From positions 13,754,722-13,818,721 of the forward strand of contig OZ037766.1 in the NCBI GenBank assembly GCA_964035545.1: a stretch of 64,000 nucleotides of DNA, in the 5' to 3' direction. Position numbers and translations under genes: made by a program. A model generated the notes under the pieces. It worked only from the letters and a program-made list of their open reading frames with translations, did not search any database and was not told the DNA's origin. The stretch comes from Bugula neritina. Taxonomy: Eukaryota; Animalia; Bryozoa. Positions 1 to 14,614 of the stretch are shown here, in pieces. Positions within the stretch are counted from its first letter, which is position 1. Every line of letters begins with the position of its first letter.

Positions 1-3000
1 TAAACGAAGCACCAAACATGGATACAAGTAAGTCTTCACTTGGCTTATCAATGCAACAAACTGTATGTATACAAGTAAATGAGTAATGTTGGAGTTGCTC
101 TTTCTTGTTTATCAATTTGTCGACCAATGTCAACCACTAGTATATTATTAAGGTAGGTAACATGTAACGAGGTTATTACACTTTCCTTTTTAGCTTTTAC
201 GTGTGAAGTTTTGGTTGCAAGATGTATTATAAGTTGTCCTACCACATATACTAAATGTTATTTGTTGTATTTACAGCCGTGAGTTATTCAACAACCCTGC
301 AGATGAAATTCCTTCTGACGTCTTCATGCCTGTGTAAGTTACCAACTAAACTGCATGTCAATACATTTACTGTGTAGGTGTAGCTACAGAACCAAGTGAC
401 TTCAATTTGAACTTGTGATGGGCATTTTGAGTATTATTTATTGTTTACTGTGTGCCAACTTTATAGATTTTGATTATTTCATAATGTGATTTGCCAGTAA
501 ACTTGTTCACAGACCTGTAAAATTATATTCCTTTGCTGCATTTCTGTATATCTACTAAATTCTAGTAGTTGTTTTTCTGGTTAACCAAAGCATACAGTCC
601 TCTATCCTTCTAGGTGAAAATTATCATTATTTGTGTCATCAAATCATGATGATTTGTCTATAGTGCTCACAGGAAATTTATATTTTATATATATAAATGC
701 AGCTATATCAATTCACTGACATATTGAATAATCCAGCTTGTTAATGAAATGAAATTATTTGTGCCAACAGGAGAGATGAGACGGAGATTGTTGGTGCAGA
801 TGGTCATGTGTATCGAGGAAGATTTGATGTAACCAATGGTGATCCAAACCCCACTCCTTCACTGGTACGTGTCAGTATATCTGTGCATAACATGAGTGGG
901 TCAGCTTTACAAACCTTATAAAACATTGTGTCAAACTCAAAATATTTCTGGAGAATTTTATTCAGCATTAACCTGACCTGTTAGGCTTTCAACTGTAAGC
1001 CATTTGGTGACAGTGTAATTATAAATGTTGGTATTTTTATAAAGTGTCAAACTTGAAACAGTACAATAAAATATGGTATCAGAAAGCCTTGGTGAATATT
1101 TTTTGTAAAGTTATGTTTATTCCTGTGCTGTGGTGGTTTGATAGGAGGTGCCAGTAGCTTCTCCCAGCAGGCCAAAGAGTAGTCCAGCAAGAAGAAGCGC
1201 TCACAACAGGCCCGGTAATATGACTAGACCTAAAACAGCACAGCTACAGGTCAAGGCTGAATCATCTGCACTACCTGTGAAAAAATCAGATAGTAATGAA
1301 GGGGGATTAGCAGATGTCCCAACTGCTTTCACTGTAGAGGATACTTCTACACCGGAACAGCGGGCTAAAGAGTGAGCGGCAATGTATCATCTCGGAATAG
1401 GAATGCATATTCAAAGATAAATGATAACTAATGTTTTAATTTTTACGGCTTGAATAGCAAAAGTTATTATTACTCTTAATTTAGTAAAAGCAATTTTATC
1501 AACCTTTTATGTTATTATCGATCCTTATATCTGCTTATTGATTGTGCCTACATCACGTCACAAAGGTCATGAAGAGTCAGTCTAATGTGCATTTCTTAAT
1601 ATTTTAGCGCTTTAGATTTTTAGGAGTTGTCTGCTTTATCATGTCGTCTCCCAAGCCTTACACAAGTAAACAGAATTCTTTGCATGTTTATTGTGCCTAT
1701 TTTTTCTGATTTCTTGTCAATTAGTAAGTCTTGCTCAATTTATATCAATATTTTGGTTGTTTATTTTTAATATTTGATTTTATGATATACCATTTTTATC
1801 AATCCGTCCTTACCCATTGCAACAAATGTTGTATGCATGTTAGCCACAGAATGCCTCCTATTTTTATAATAATTTAATGTTTTGTGTTTTCTTAACTTTT
1901 AATTTTTAAATTGCCAATACTTTCTTCCCTTCATTATATGCATGAAATATGCACCACTTGTTTTTCATGTTTACTTATGTCCGACTATATAATTATGCAC
2001 TTCTTGTTAAATTATTCAGATAAATATTAAAGTTTTGTAGAACTACTATTTCTATTCTCGTATTGTATAGGAACCGGTTATGGGCATCACCTGAGTATAA
2101 GCAAGTTTATACCGTACACAGATTTTGGTTTATAGTGATTTTACTGACCTTTCAACGAGTCCAGTTGGAATTACTAAAATTATTATTCCGGTTGAGTGAA
2201 ACAGGAGCAAACTCCATGAAACTAATTGGTGTGAAATGTGCTGGAAATTGTAAATTTGCCGACACACCAAATGTTTTAAAACAATCATTTTAGGGATTTA
2301 TATGTGGATTATGTATTATTGTATTATTCATCAAGATGCAAGTATTGGTGCTTCTTAGATTTTGTGATGCTACATATTATACCTAATGCTGTTGTAAATA
2401 TTGATCTCTGTAATTAGTCTGCTTAATTTAAATGAAATAATATTGATTTTAGCGATCATCTACCCGGTGCAAACGCAATTAATTTTGCTCGATCTCTAAA
2501 TGAACAACACATAGCCCAACTGCGTAAAAACAATCTCAAAGCCTATCTTGTGCATTTTGGTCAGACTTTTGGTCCTAAAGTCTTCATCACCAGATCTAAA
2601 CAGAGGTGACTTCTCTATTGCAAAAATTGGTAAAAACTCAATGGTTTGTTTGTTCAGCTTTAATTTTAAGAAATATATATGTAGTATTTATAAAATAGGG
2701 TTGTCTGTAATTATTGCTAATTGCTGTAGTTTAGCTTGTAGACCTATAATGTTACAAAGAGTGTTGGGTGATGAACAATATCATTTAGCCTGATATAAGA
2801 AAGACATAATGTTAACTGATAAACTGTGGTTGATAATGTAGAATGATAAACCCAAATGTGCCGGACTTTTACTCTACACAACGTCAATGTGGAGGGAAGC
2901 ACACCATTACACAGCAGCCGGCATCTCCTCGTACTATCTCTTCCAGTAAAGGCATGTCTGCTTCTAGAACTAAGTCTCTAAGGTATATATAGTCTTGTGT

Positions 3001-4758
3001 GGTCTCAACTAAAGTATTGTCTAGCCACTCTATAAGAGTATTGTACAAAATAAATATTTTTGGTGCCTATTGTCACCTCAATAAAAGCAGTGCATATCTG
3101 AAGCTTTTAACTGGGTGTTCTACAAAGATGATCAAAAATCCTTTCTTTAAAAACAATAAATTATGTGTTGTATTACTTACTACTTGTTCACTATAAAACA
3201 TAAATGAAAAAATTCTTTTACGGTACATTCCAATTCTATTTTATTTACACTTTTAATTGTATGTTCAGGCGATACTGTTACACACTAAGCTTTGTTTTTT
3301 AATTCAGAGATTTATTTCAAGAAGAAGAATTTGTAGCAGCTGCAGCTCCAGACAGAAGTGAAAGTGTTTTACAGGGAATAGACAAAAAGCATTACAAGGG
3401 GCGAAATGACGTTATGATGCTTGATGCCAAGCTGACAGAGGTTCTGCAGGTACTCCGAGCTTGAAGTTTCATAACTTTAGCATCTAGTCTTTTATAAATT
3501 ATTGAGTGTGTAGGCTATAAAACAACCATATCTAGAAAAATTGGTCAAAATTGTCTATGATATTTGGCAAAGAAGTTAGAGGTAACTCAATGTGTAACAT
3601 GAGCAAACCTTGAAAATTAGAAAAACAATGCATTATATATTTGTTTGGCTTCAGGTTTTCATCTTGCTCGCTTTGCCCAAATTTTTAATTTAAGAGCTTA
3701 AAAGTTATTACATGTGTAAATTTTGAAATTTACATTAGAGCTAACGGTTTTTGAACAAACATTATGGCAATATATCAACATGCCTCTTAGTTGTCCCACA
3801 TTTACTCTATGTTGAATTATTGTAGAAGGAGATGGAATTAAATTCAACAAACACTCAGAAAGGTAAGTACTGTGTTGACTGTCAATATTTTCAGTTTGGT
3901 ACTTATAAGTACGACTTAAACCTTTGAAGTTTTTCAAAAAAGTTAATTTTATTTAAAACCAACTTTTTATAATATTTAAATGCTGACTATATATAGCAAA
4001 ACAAAAAGTTATCAAATTTAATGGAAACAAATGTGTAATATAAAACAAAATAAGATGATAAAATGGAAACAGTTTATTTTATATAAAGTGCTATGAAATA
4101 TAAAAATTATAGGTAATATCCAATGACAGATTTGCATTGCCAGTGTTCTACTCAGCAAGACAAAGTGTTATGCAGTATCACAATGATATAGTAGACTTAG
4201 TGAATTCATACAAATAACATCTGCATTAAAGATAAGAAGTCTTTAAATTGCCATCATATACTATCCCATTCAAATTCAAACATCTTATGCAATTAAGAGA
4301 GGTTCTCCTTGACTGCAGAAGCTTTTAAAAAACTTTTTAATACAATAAACAATGGCATTAAACAATTATTTGGCATAAAATTACAGCTTACAGTAATAAA
4401 TAAAATTCATGTTTCTTTGTATAAAACTGTATAGTATGACTAATATTTAATTTGTAATTAATGGAATAAATTGGACTTTATTTAGCCATATTCAAGTTGG
4501 AAAAGTTCACTGCTTAATGGGTATTTGTATGAAGTACATGTTTTGTTGAAATTGCTAAAGTGTTACAACATGTGTGTTATAAACCTTTTGTAGTGATGAA
4601 AATACTTGTTAAAATAATTTATAGATTAATATATTTGTGTTACAGGGGGAGTTGAGGCAAGCAAGTATGCTGCTAAAACAAAAACTTCTAAAGACTCAAA
4701 CAACAATGCATCAGCCAGTCAGTCCAATAGCAACAGTCATGTTGATATAAATATTTAA
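1..4758 (+). CDS. 3' part of an unidentified multi-exon protein-coding gene (5' end outside window)
   Basis: Exons with GT/AG boundaries and compatible phases at about 1-26, 277-333, 771-864, 1145-1371, 3309-3449, 3826-3861 and 4646-4758 join into one frame (...RELFNNPADEIPSDVFMPVRDETEIVGADGHVYRGRFD...RPKTAQLQV...GRNDVMMLDAKLTEVLQ...SHVDINI*). No family recognised. Confidence 0.6.
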
Positions 4759-5066
4759 ATTAACATTGCAGTAAAATAATCCTAGTCAGAAAATATAATA
4801 CTTTCTAACAAGTAATTATTGTGTTCATTTTTTAATAGCTATGGCAACAGTAAAAGAGGCACTCTGTATAAGAAGAATAATTCCAGCATGTTGTGCAGTG
4901 GAAAGTTTATTAAAGCAAAAAATGATTTTAACAATAACATAATTAAAACATAAAAGGTGTTTGTATGCAATGACCATTTGACTATATTGATAAAAACATA
5001 TATATATCATATGTCTACATTTAATTAAAAGGTGTAAATAAAGAGCTATAGTGTAGTAACAGATGC

Positions 5067-5068
<2 letters not shown>

Positions 5069-5150
<82 letters not shown>
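5069..5150. repeat. (TA)n microsatellite
   Basis: Pure TA run of about 41 units. Confidence 0.98.
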
Positions 5151-5151
<1 letters not shown>

Positions 5152-5517
5152 TATTAGTCTCAACCATTGGATATGTTAATGGTTTATTTTTAGTATTTAT
5201 ATGATAGTTAGAATCTAATAAGACCATAACTAAATGACAGACTATTATTACAGATGGCTAATATTTAAGCTAGAATAACTATGAGACTTGCATGCCACTA
5301 TTTTGGCATATAGTAACTGCTGCAGTTAGTATTCTCTTCTACAAAACAAAAATAATAAAATAAAAAAGAACAAAATAACTACTCATTTGCATTAAACCAG
5401 TAAGGAATGGAATATGTTTACGAATTTAAAGTGAAAAAATAGTTAATATTTTTGCATTAAGCTGGTTACAAATGCCAAAGTTTGCAAGAAAATGGTGAAA
5501 GGAAAGACAATAATTAC

Positions 5518-7535
5518 CTTCTTCCTTTCTTATTGAAAATCTTGTTAGACTGATCCGTGATTCTTTCCAGCTTATATCTATCATTCAACTACAATGCAAC
5601 GATGCATTATAGCAAAATGGCCTGCAACATTAGCAAAAACAGCATTTTGCCTTGGAATACAGGGAGAATTTCAAACCATGTCTCACCTTGTTAATAGAGT
5701 ATATCGGAGCATCACTGTCACTGGATGATGATGAGGGACTGGGTGACTGGTGCCTTCCACCATTTTTAGTAGATATCTGAGCACGAGGTATACCTGCAAT
5801 ATTATCACATCATATAGCGTACAGGTATGAACACTTTGCGTTGCTGAGATTTTAGAAAGAATTGTTCCAACTTCAACTAGCAATGTGGGAGAGTAAAAAG
5901 TAATCTTCCTAAAGAATACTAGTTATTTCTGTTACAGAAGAAACTACTAGTGACTATTTCCCGTAAACATTATTGTTGGTGAATTCTGGAAACATGGCGG
6001 ATAGAAAACAAAAAAAATTTGCTATTAAAACTCATACATTTTTAACTACTACAGCATTACATTTCTGCTTTCCTGTCAAAAAGAACTGATATGAATTAAA
6101 AAAAGCAAAAAAATGCTGACAAACAAATATATTTAATTTTACCAAAAAGTTAATAAAACTTCTCCAATTCACAGCCTTCATGTCAAAAATGTGTGTGACC
6201 CTTAACAATGGCCAACTAAAAGAGTAGACTTTTTAACTTCTTTTTTGTCTGAAATACCTACTGTACCTACCCACATAGATGCAGTGATTGTATGCATTAT
6301 ACACATATATGCCAGCTATACAAGGTTGTATGCACGAATCTGTAATTTGTATATAATATGAACTATTATTACACAGAAAGTGTAGGTAGAAGCTAGAAAA
6401 TCCACAACCTATTTTTGGTCATGATATATCAATTGAACTATAACTAGCCTAAAGGAAAGATAACCCCCACAATATTTGACTGTAACTAGCCTTTTTTGGA
6501 AGGTTTTTTTAATACTTAAATCATTAACTTCTATTTTGATTAAACAGCTGCTGTTTCTATTTGCAACAATGAGCTATGTGTGTTTGTTTAAGGTTAGAGT
6601 AATAACATTGATAGTCAACATGTTACCAAAATTAATAAAGTCTTCTTTGTGAAGTCTCGTTGCTTGATCAACCGCTGTGCTGTACTGATAAACACCGCTT
6701 TGGTTTCTCCTGGATGGCCTTGCTAGTCTGTTGTACTCTTCACCAACAGCTATCTCTTTGTAAGTATTGTGTACCACATCTTTAGTTATTCCTCCATTGA
6801 CCACAGCTGTTCTCCATGCACTCCACTGCTGAAGAGGGTTGTCGTACTCCGAGTGCTTTACAATATTTATTATAAACCGCAGAGTAAAATGGCTAACTAA
6901 AGGTCCAAAATAGCAAACTGTTGACTGTACAGTAAATAGAGATATCAGAGCCATAAGGCACACTTAATAGACTTATTTCTTTTAATAGTGAAACAGCGGC
7001 CTAATTTTAACCATGACCTCTTAAGTACTGCCGGCTGTTGGCTGCCAATAATTCTACTTTAGTAAAGTGTCAGAATTATAATTGCAATATTACTCAGACA
7101 CATACTGTTTGGTCTGCAAAATACTTTTTTCACAAATTTCAATAGGCACATCAATCCAAAAATAAGTAATTTCATCAGAGTTCCATTTACTATATGATCA
7201 TCTTTTGGAAAGTTCTACATCGCCCAATAAATGCAAACTTTTGCAATGCTATGGAAAAAAGCCTAGTACCTTTATTTTATTCCGGGAAGCTCTTTGCTGT
7301 CGGTGGGATGATTGTTTGGTTCTTTCTCTAGATTTTTTTCTTGCTCTTTCAACTGGCACGGCATCATACATGGGACCTGGTGGATAATATGGCCTTCTGT
7401 CGTATAGCACTGGATCTAATGGACCCGTCGGCACTGGAGGTGGTGGACCAATTGGCACAGGAGCTGGTGGGCCAGCTAAAATTGGGCCAGCTCTGCTCGC
7501 ATATATTGGACCATGTGGACCAGCTAGTACAGGAC
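5518..7535 (-). CDS. Internal exons of an unidentified gene (proline-rich, basic protein); start and stop not resolved
   Basis: Exon-like segments with splice signals at ~7268-7535 (GPVLAGPHGP...PPPPVPTGP), ~6630-6860 (HSEYDNPLQQWSAWRTAVVNGG...), ~5687-5792 and ~5518-5588. Confidence 0.5.
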
Positions 7536-10204
7536 CTGATGAAATAACAGCAAAAATCACATAATTGCTAAGTGATAGTGAACTTGGTAGACATGTATAG
7601 GCTTTGCACACGATGCTAGCATTCTATAGTAAAACAACGGCAGTTTATAACAAATAGCATTTTTACTTACACTATTTTTATATTTCAAATTATTAAGTTA
7701 AATAACTTGTGTATTTATGTTTTGTTAACTATAGACTAATTTTTTGCCCACCACAAATAAGTTTACCTAATATAATTTATAAGCTGAAACATTCTTTTCC
7801 TAAGCTATTATAGTTATTAATTTAGCATCCTTCTTGATGTAAACTCTTGATTTTGTTCTGCAGAACTAAAATAAAATAAACAACTTATCTCCCTGTTTAC
7901 TGCCAAACTTTAACACATGCAATTTGACCAGTCTTCCAACAACACTAACAGCATATTGATTCCAAATACAGCCAATGATCTTTTACAATGGCTTGAATTA
8001 CATATAATTTAAATTTACAGTTTTTTCCTGTAATATTTGTCTTTATGATATTGAGAGTTGAGGAATTATGATGAATCATAATTAGTTCATCTTGTCCAAT
8101 TAATAGTTTAATCAATAGAAATGTTATTAAGAAATAGTTCAAGTAATTTTAAATTTAAATACTTTTTAGTGAGCGAATAGCCACATGGTGATGCTATAGT
8201 AAAAACTGTGAATATAATTATATTATATCACTTTGACAAATTTGCCATTTATAAGAGCAGCAGTGGAGAAATGGAGATAGACTAAGTACTTTAACTTATT
8301 TTATTAAAATTTGGTTTGGTTGAAATTCTTGTGAGAACATAATTTTTTTTGCTACATTTCTAATCTAGAACACGTGCTTTTCTCAATTTTTCCATTACTG
8401 CACCTACCTCAACTTTGTTGCTGCCATGAGCCTCACCATTTAAGGCTATACTTTTCTTTGGAGAACTACCACTAAAGTGTTGACTGACAGTAGGTACTTT
8501 AAAACTGCCAAATGGTGTCCGACTTTTTAAATCTTTCAATAATTATAACTACATTGCTTGTCACAGCCTATGATTTTACAGCTGTCACCGGTAGCTGAAA
8601 CTTCTATTTATAAATACTGCCATGAAAATTGTCACAACTCTCGAACCCCTAAAACACTCAATCAAGGTGTTACTAGCTCCACCCTTCCCTAGTTATTTAT
8701 TTTGAAGCAGTTATCTTACAGAAACCTATAGGCTATAACTATATGAGTATATGATAGCTGTGACACCTCTTAGGGTTTTTGTGACTTGTCAGCTTTCAAT
8801 AGAGCAAGTCATTGTCACTATACACAGACAAAATGCTTTTTCGAGTTTTCAACTATGATTATAACAACTGTCCCAGTATAACCTGACTACAGGGTCTCAA
8901 TATTAAGTGAAGTATTTCTATTTCCTACTATCATAATATTATTATGCCCTTACCATGCTGATGCTGCCTCATCATATCTTCCCTTGAATATCTGTGCATC
9001 TTCAGAAAGTAATAAATTTGCTGCCACACCTACTATAAGCTAATCTTAGTGATATATGTATGTGATTCACAAAGCCTATAGTTTATAACTAATATGCTAC
9101 GTATACTGCAGACTGGCCTACATAAACTGAGTAGGTCTTAGTATTCAATTATTATTAGATGCTTTGTTATATTATGTTTGCTAAGCCAAGCAATACAAAT
9201 ACCTATTGAAATGATCCTATACCTTTGCACATAACAGTGATCATTCTTCTATGATGTTTGGGCTCAATTTCATGCATTTTGTTATGGCTAAGTTGGTTAT
9301 AGTTTAAAGTAACTACATCTGCCACGATTAGGTATATCATATATAATGTGGAAAATAGTTCTGATATTTCAGCTGTAAAGGAAGGAGAAAGTGCAACATT
9401 TTTACATATAATGCAAACAGATTTCTTTTTGCTATTTTGCTTTAGTAACTCTATAAAAGGCAAATATAGGAGGCAATGGTTGTGACATTAAAATTGCTTA
9501 GTTGGCAATGATTATAGGTCATGAAGCTGTGGTTTATTAGTTTCTACACAAACATTTTTTTGTATTTTAAGCTTGAAAGGGATAAATGTCTCAAAATTTA
9601 GGTTTTCCCTTCTCTTTGCACCATGTGCCAAATTTGAAGCTAGTAGCCTACCTCAGAAATGGAAAAAAATATCAACTATGGCTACCGTATATTTTGCCTT
9701 TCCTACTAACCCTCTAAATAGGTATAGCCATAATAATTTTAGCAAACAATTCATTACTGAGATTAGCTATTTGAAAATACCATTATGGCCAATGTGAACA
9801 ATTACAGTAGAATTTTGTATAGTCGCAATCCATAAACATTAGGTTTGTCTGCATGGTATTTAGTGCCGAGGAGAATACAACTCCTAATTGAATTAACATA
9901 ATAGCAAATACAAACATAGTAGATATAAAAAAAATTGCAGTTTATGACACATATATTAAAAATTCAACAGATGTAGATTCAGCAATAGAACATGAAATTG
10001 CTTATTTTTGTACACTAGTCTACAGTCATTAAATTGCACGCATTTACTTGCTTCTCAGTGACAACATTCTTATCTTTCAAGATTATATTGCGACAACTAA
10101 ATAAGTTACTGACTTATTCCTCATTATAGCTTGACTGTTACTTCCTTTAAGAAAAGAGAATTTACAGTTGAAAAAATATATTGAAATAGCTAAAATTATA
10201 TTCT

Positions 10205-13149
10205 TCAACTTCGAGATTTGTGTTTTTTCTTTTTATGTTTCTTTCCATCTCCACTCTCATCAATATCGCATATTTCTACTTCATCTTTATCCGTATAATT
10301 ACTAATATCATTTTCGTTGATCTTATTTTCTTTATTTTTCTTTCTTTTTTTCTTTCTTGGCTGCTCTTCATTGATGTCAGAAACTGCCATATCAAGCTGG
10401 TCTGTCTCGCCAACGGTTTCATCAACAATACAACTGTCCCCATGATCTCCACCCTCTTTAGAAGAATTTTTCTCCTTATGCTTCTTTTTCTTTTTACCTG
10501 GGGACTGCTTTTCCAATGACTCGGCCATTGATTGTTCCTGCTGATCCATATCTAATTCTACTATTTCTTCCCTATGCTTTGTTTTCTTAGTTACAGGCTA
10601 CAAAAGTAATTAACCAAACAAGGAATTTGTTTGCAAAGTGTACTATATAAAAGTTAAACAAGTTTTTCACAAGATGGACATTACCAGAAAACTAGAGTAT
10701 AAAATGAGTATATGCTGGGCATATGAATAGATAATTTATACACACCTCATGTATCAATTATTTGAATTATGCTAATGTAATCAATGAAAATAGCTTTATG
10801 CTAATGAAACCACAACCTGTACAGCGGAAATCCATGAAATGGTCATTCGATCATAGCTGAATGAAATATTTTGCAATGGAGACAGGAATAAGCAATTTCG
10901 GGAACAGTTACAAGATGCAAACAAAAATTTGAAGCAATTCTTATAAGTTGTAATTGGAGTTTAAAATAAATTGACAGATGCGGTCTAGTTGTTAGAGCAC
11001 TGACTTAGTAGGCACAAGGTCATGGGGTCATGTGATGTAACCCAAATGAGAATCTATTCAAATTTCAACCAAGAAAACTTAATGATAGAGGAGCTGAATG
11101 AAGCCTGAAAATTGTTGGTTCAATCTACATATTGAATTCACGCACAAATATTTGGCAACTTGGGATCTATAAAAACCATACATTAACAATCTTCATCTAC
11201 TTACTTTCTGTAACTCTGCATCCTCATCAAGATTGCCATTCACACACTCCTGCTGTTCAGGTTCAGGTTCACCTTCAGTTTTCTTTCTGTAAGAAAAGTA
11301 AACAAGACGTTATATTTATTCCTAAATACTAAAATGCATTACTTAGATACGAATATACTTAGTGCTAATGTAATTAGTTATAAATAATAATTACAATAGT
11401 TCTGAATAAACACTGACAGTTTAATAGAACAAATATTTTTAATGAAAAATTTTGCAGCATGGGGGTTTTCGGAAGTTTATTAGTTATCTTTTCTATCCTT
11501 TTTGTAGCTTTAAAAAAGTACAATGTCAATGTAAAAATGCTAAAAAGGATTGTATATTGACATATTAGTGCTCAATCCTTGTTGAGATATAGTATAAGAT
11601 CTTCAAACCCTCATACTGCTTCATGCAATCACCAATACAGTTGACAAATCAGGTCAAGTGTTATTAGTAACATGTATGCATAAAATAATTTTTTGCAAAT
11701 AATTCTTACGGTGGAAATCAATTTCCTATAGATTTGGAAACATATGGCTGACATAGCACAGCATATGTTACTTAGAGATTACTCATGACAGCAAGGAGTT
11801 TATTGTGAAAATTTCTTTTGCCTGTAAATTTTAAACTGTGTAATTTCAGAAATTGGATTCATTTTGTTCACAAGCTACACAAAGCTTTATAGTAATGAAG
11901 TAAAAATAGAAATACTTACAAAATTTTTATAAATTTGCCTTTGAGGGATAAAATTCTGCGAGTTACTGTAGATCTGATAACTTCGAGCAAGACCTCATCC
12001 CCAACACTAATTTCAGGAATTGTCTGCTTTTCATTTTTAGATATGGAAGCATTGAACCACTCATGAACCAGTAAACCGATATGAGAATGGCTAATCTTGT
12101 CTACACGAGCAGCCACCTGACTAGCAACTGCAGGCTGAAACACTATTAGTTCTGCTAATATCTTGAAGTATATGCATGGATCCTCTCCACTTATTATACC
12201 AGTACTCCCAAGCTTCTTGATCTTTCTAACTTTGACTGGAATACACTGCAACCTGAAAATAGCAGTATTTCAGGTCTACACATAAAACAGTATCGAAATA
12301 TTGATTAACAATTAAATAAAATTAAATACTACTAAAAAACAAAAGCTATATTAGGGTGATATGATAAACTTTACGGCTGACTAATTTGGTTTTTACTTAG
12401 TCTTATTAAATAAGTGCAGTAATTACTTTACATGAAATCATTAGCAATGAAACTTAATCTTATGTCTAGTAGTAGTAACTATGGATAAATATGGATTTCC
12501 ATTTCCACATTAAATTCAAGAACACTAACTCTAAGTCTAATAGTAATAGTAATACTAATACAGTAATAGGGACACTAAAACTAAAAGCAGTTCAAACTGT
12601 AATACTAATCAGTAATACTAATTGTATTTGTAAGACTAAAAATATGATAAAGTCATAAACAATAAATTTAAAACAAACAAGTAAGTTGTAACTGTAAGAA
12701 AAGATCATGTTACTGTTACTGTTAGTGTTACAGTGTTACAGTGTGAGTGTTAGTGTCAGGCTAACAGTACGAATATCAATATGGATATGAGTGACTGCAC
12801 GAGTCATTAACTTTAAGCCAAACTAAAATCGAAACATTAACAATAACTATAAGCAAATTATTACTATAAAGTATAACTCAAACTTGGCCTTGGATATGAA
12901 ATCACTAAATGACTAATCAGAATGAGAAAATGAAATGCGTAGCCGTTACCTATCGTCAAACTTTCCAAGCTTTTTGTCTAATACCAATTTGATAAATTCA
13001 TTTTCATTTCCAAGATACTTCGGTAAAAGACCTATTGAAACCTCTTTTTCAATCACATTGAGGCACGCAAAACTCGAATCTAATTTAGATTCTATACCAG
13101 AAAAATCGAAAGCGTGCAATTCAGCATGACGCTTATCAGAAGTCGCCAT
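10205..13149 (-). CDS. POLR1F: RNA polymerase I subunit RPA43 (TWISTNB), about 4 exons
   Basis: Exon 13149-12950 (MATSDKRH...IGLLPKYLG); exon ~12252-11920 carries the RPA43 signature IVFQP...VDKISHSHIGLLVHEWFNASI; short exon ~11180-11287; last exon ~10598-10205 is the Lys-rich tail typical of RPA43. Confidence 0.85.
10975..11030 (+). mobile_element. Truncated 5' head of the tRNA-derived SINE family also seen at 26.7 kb and 57.1 kb
   Basis: cggtctagttgttagagcactgacttagtaggcacaaggtcatggggtc resembles the SINE head tggtctaggggttagagcgtttgcctagtaaacatgaggtcatgggttc. Confidence 0.45.
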
Positions 13150-13986
13150 TTTAAAGATAAATAGCCTCAATGACAACCTTCTCAAAAATATAGAAAACTT
13201 TTATATATGAGTTTTGTACAATACCAAATGTTTTTTACAACAAAATAATACAAATTATAATGTTTTAAATTTTAGGTCACGTTTGTAACAACGATTGAAA
13301 ACGAAGTATAAAAACTGGTCAAAATAACGTCTTTGGGTTAGAGAGTTAGTAAAATCAAAAGAGATAAATTCAAAAAGCACCTCTACTAGTACTTGACTTT
13401 CATTTTAATAATAATTTTAATACTTATACAGATATTTAATTTTATCGTTATACTTATGCTGTCAATAATTATAAATGAACCAATTGGCAAATACAATGAT
13501 AAATAATTCATGATAGTTAAAATTGATCTTATAGTTATAGTTAAACGTAATCATAATGTTAATGTTATACTTACTCTTAGTCTTAGTCTAAGTCTTATAC
13601 TTATAGTTATAGTATAACTGAGTTATACTTATAGTTGTACCGTAACTGTAAGTGTAAGGGTAATAGTAATACTTATAGCTATATTTATACTTATAGTATT
13701 AGTTATTGTTATACTAATTTAAAATTATTTTGACTTTCAACTTGAACTACCACTTGGCCTTGGGTCTTGAAGTTGAACTTTGAAGTAAACCACACGTCGT
13801 CGGTCGTAGAACTAGAAATATCAGTATTATCATTACCAAATCATCATCATTATGAAATAAAACTCAAACTCATCAGTCATCATTATCATCACCGTGATGA
13901 TGATGCTGATAATCACGAAACATGAAGATATTTAGATAATCATAACGAATATGACTATGAGTATGAACTTGAAGATCACTTCCAAG

Positions 13987-14257
13987 TGTAGTAAATTGTG
14001 TAACTACTATGCGTGGGTTCCTAGCTTGTAATTATGTCTATTTATCTACACCAATAAAGTATTTAGGTAAAAGTTTCCAAGTTTATTTACTACTAATTAT
14101 ATAAAAGATACAGCACGTACACAGATTAGAGATTACATCCTCGCTTAGTTAGCGCGCTCTCTCTACTGCAAAACTACTACTAACTGAGGCCTATCACGTG
14201 ACGCACTTGGATAGGCTGAAGGAATACGGGGGACGCGCGCATTACGTCCTTACTACA
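13987..14257 (-). repeat. 3' LTR of element A
   Basis: Direct repeat of 21272-21542; TG...CA ends; AATAAA on the - strand; TCACGTGA motif. Confidence 0.97.
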
Positions 14258-14297
14258 CCGCCCCCCCCCAGCAGAAAGCCCTACTTTCTGATAACAC
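14258..14297 (-). promoter_or_regulatory. Polypurine tract and adjacent conserved hairpin, element A
   Basis: G-run on the - strand abutting the 3' LTR; CAGAAAG-ccta/c-CTTTCTG stem-loop at 14272-14290, also present in element B. Confidence 0.85.
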
Positions 14298-14614
14298 AGA
14301 TACAATAATTTCGAACATAAAATGTTATAAAACTATATAAAAAAAACCGAGAGAGCGTGTGGTACATAAAAGAAAAACATTGCTATATACAGTAGTAAGA
14401 AACATATACATACATAAAAAAAATATAACAGTAAATGTACAATGGCACCGGCGGGAGGCACTATAAGGGAATAGTTTGTAGAGGTAGAGCTGTATACTGG
14501 TAGGTTACTATATTGTTACACTGAGTAATTGTCTGTGAGCACTAGCGTGAGGAGGGTCTGTACTGGGGCACCACCTGCTGTACCATCACGGATAGGAAAA
14601 GAGGGACATCACCT

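Noticed and set aside
5021-5227. ORFs with IYIYIY runs (also 44300-44530 and 62180-62625)
   Set aside because: Translations of TA microsatellites.
10220-10519. Hydrophobic membrane-protein-like ORF on the + strand
   Set aside because: Antisense of the Lys-rich last exon of POLR1F.
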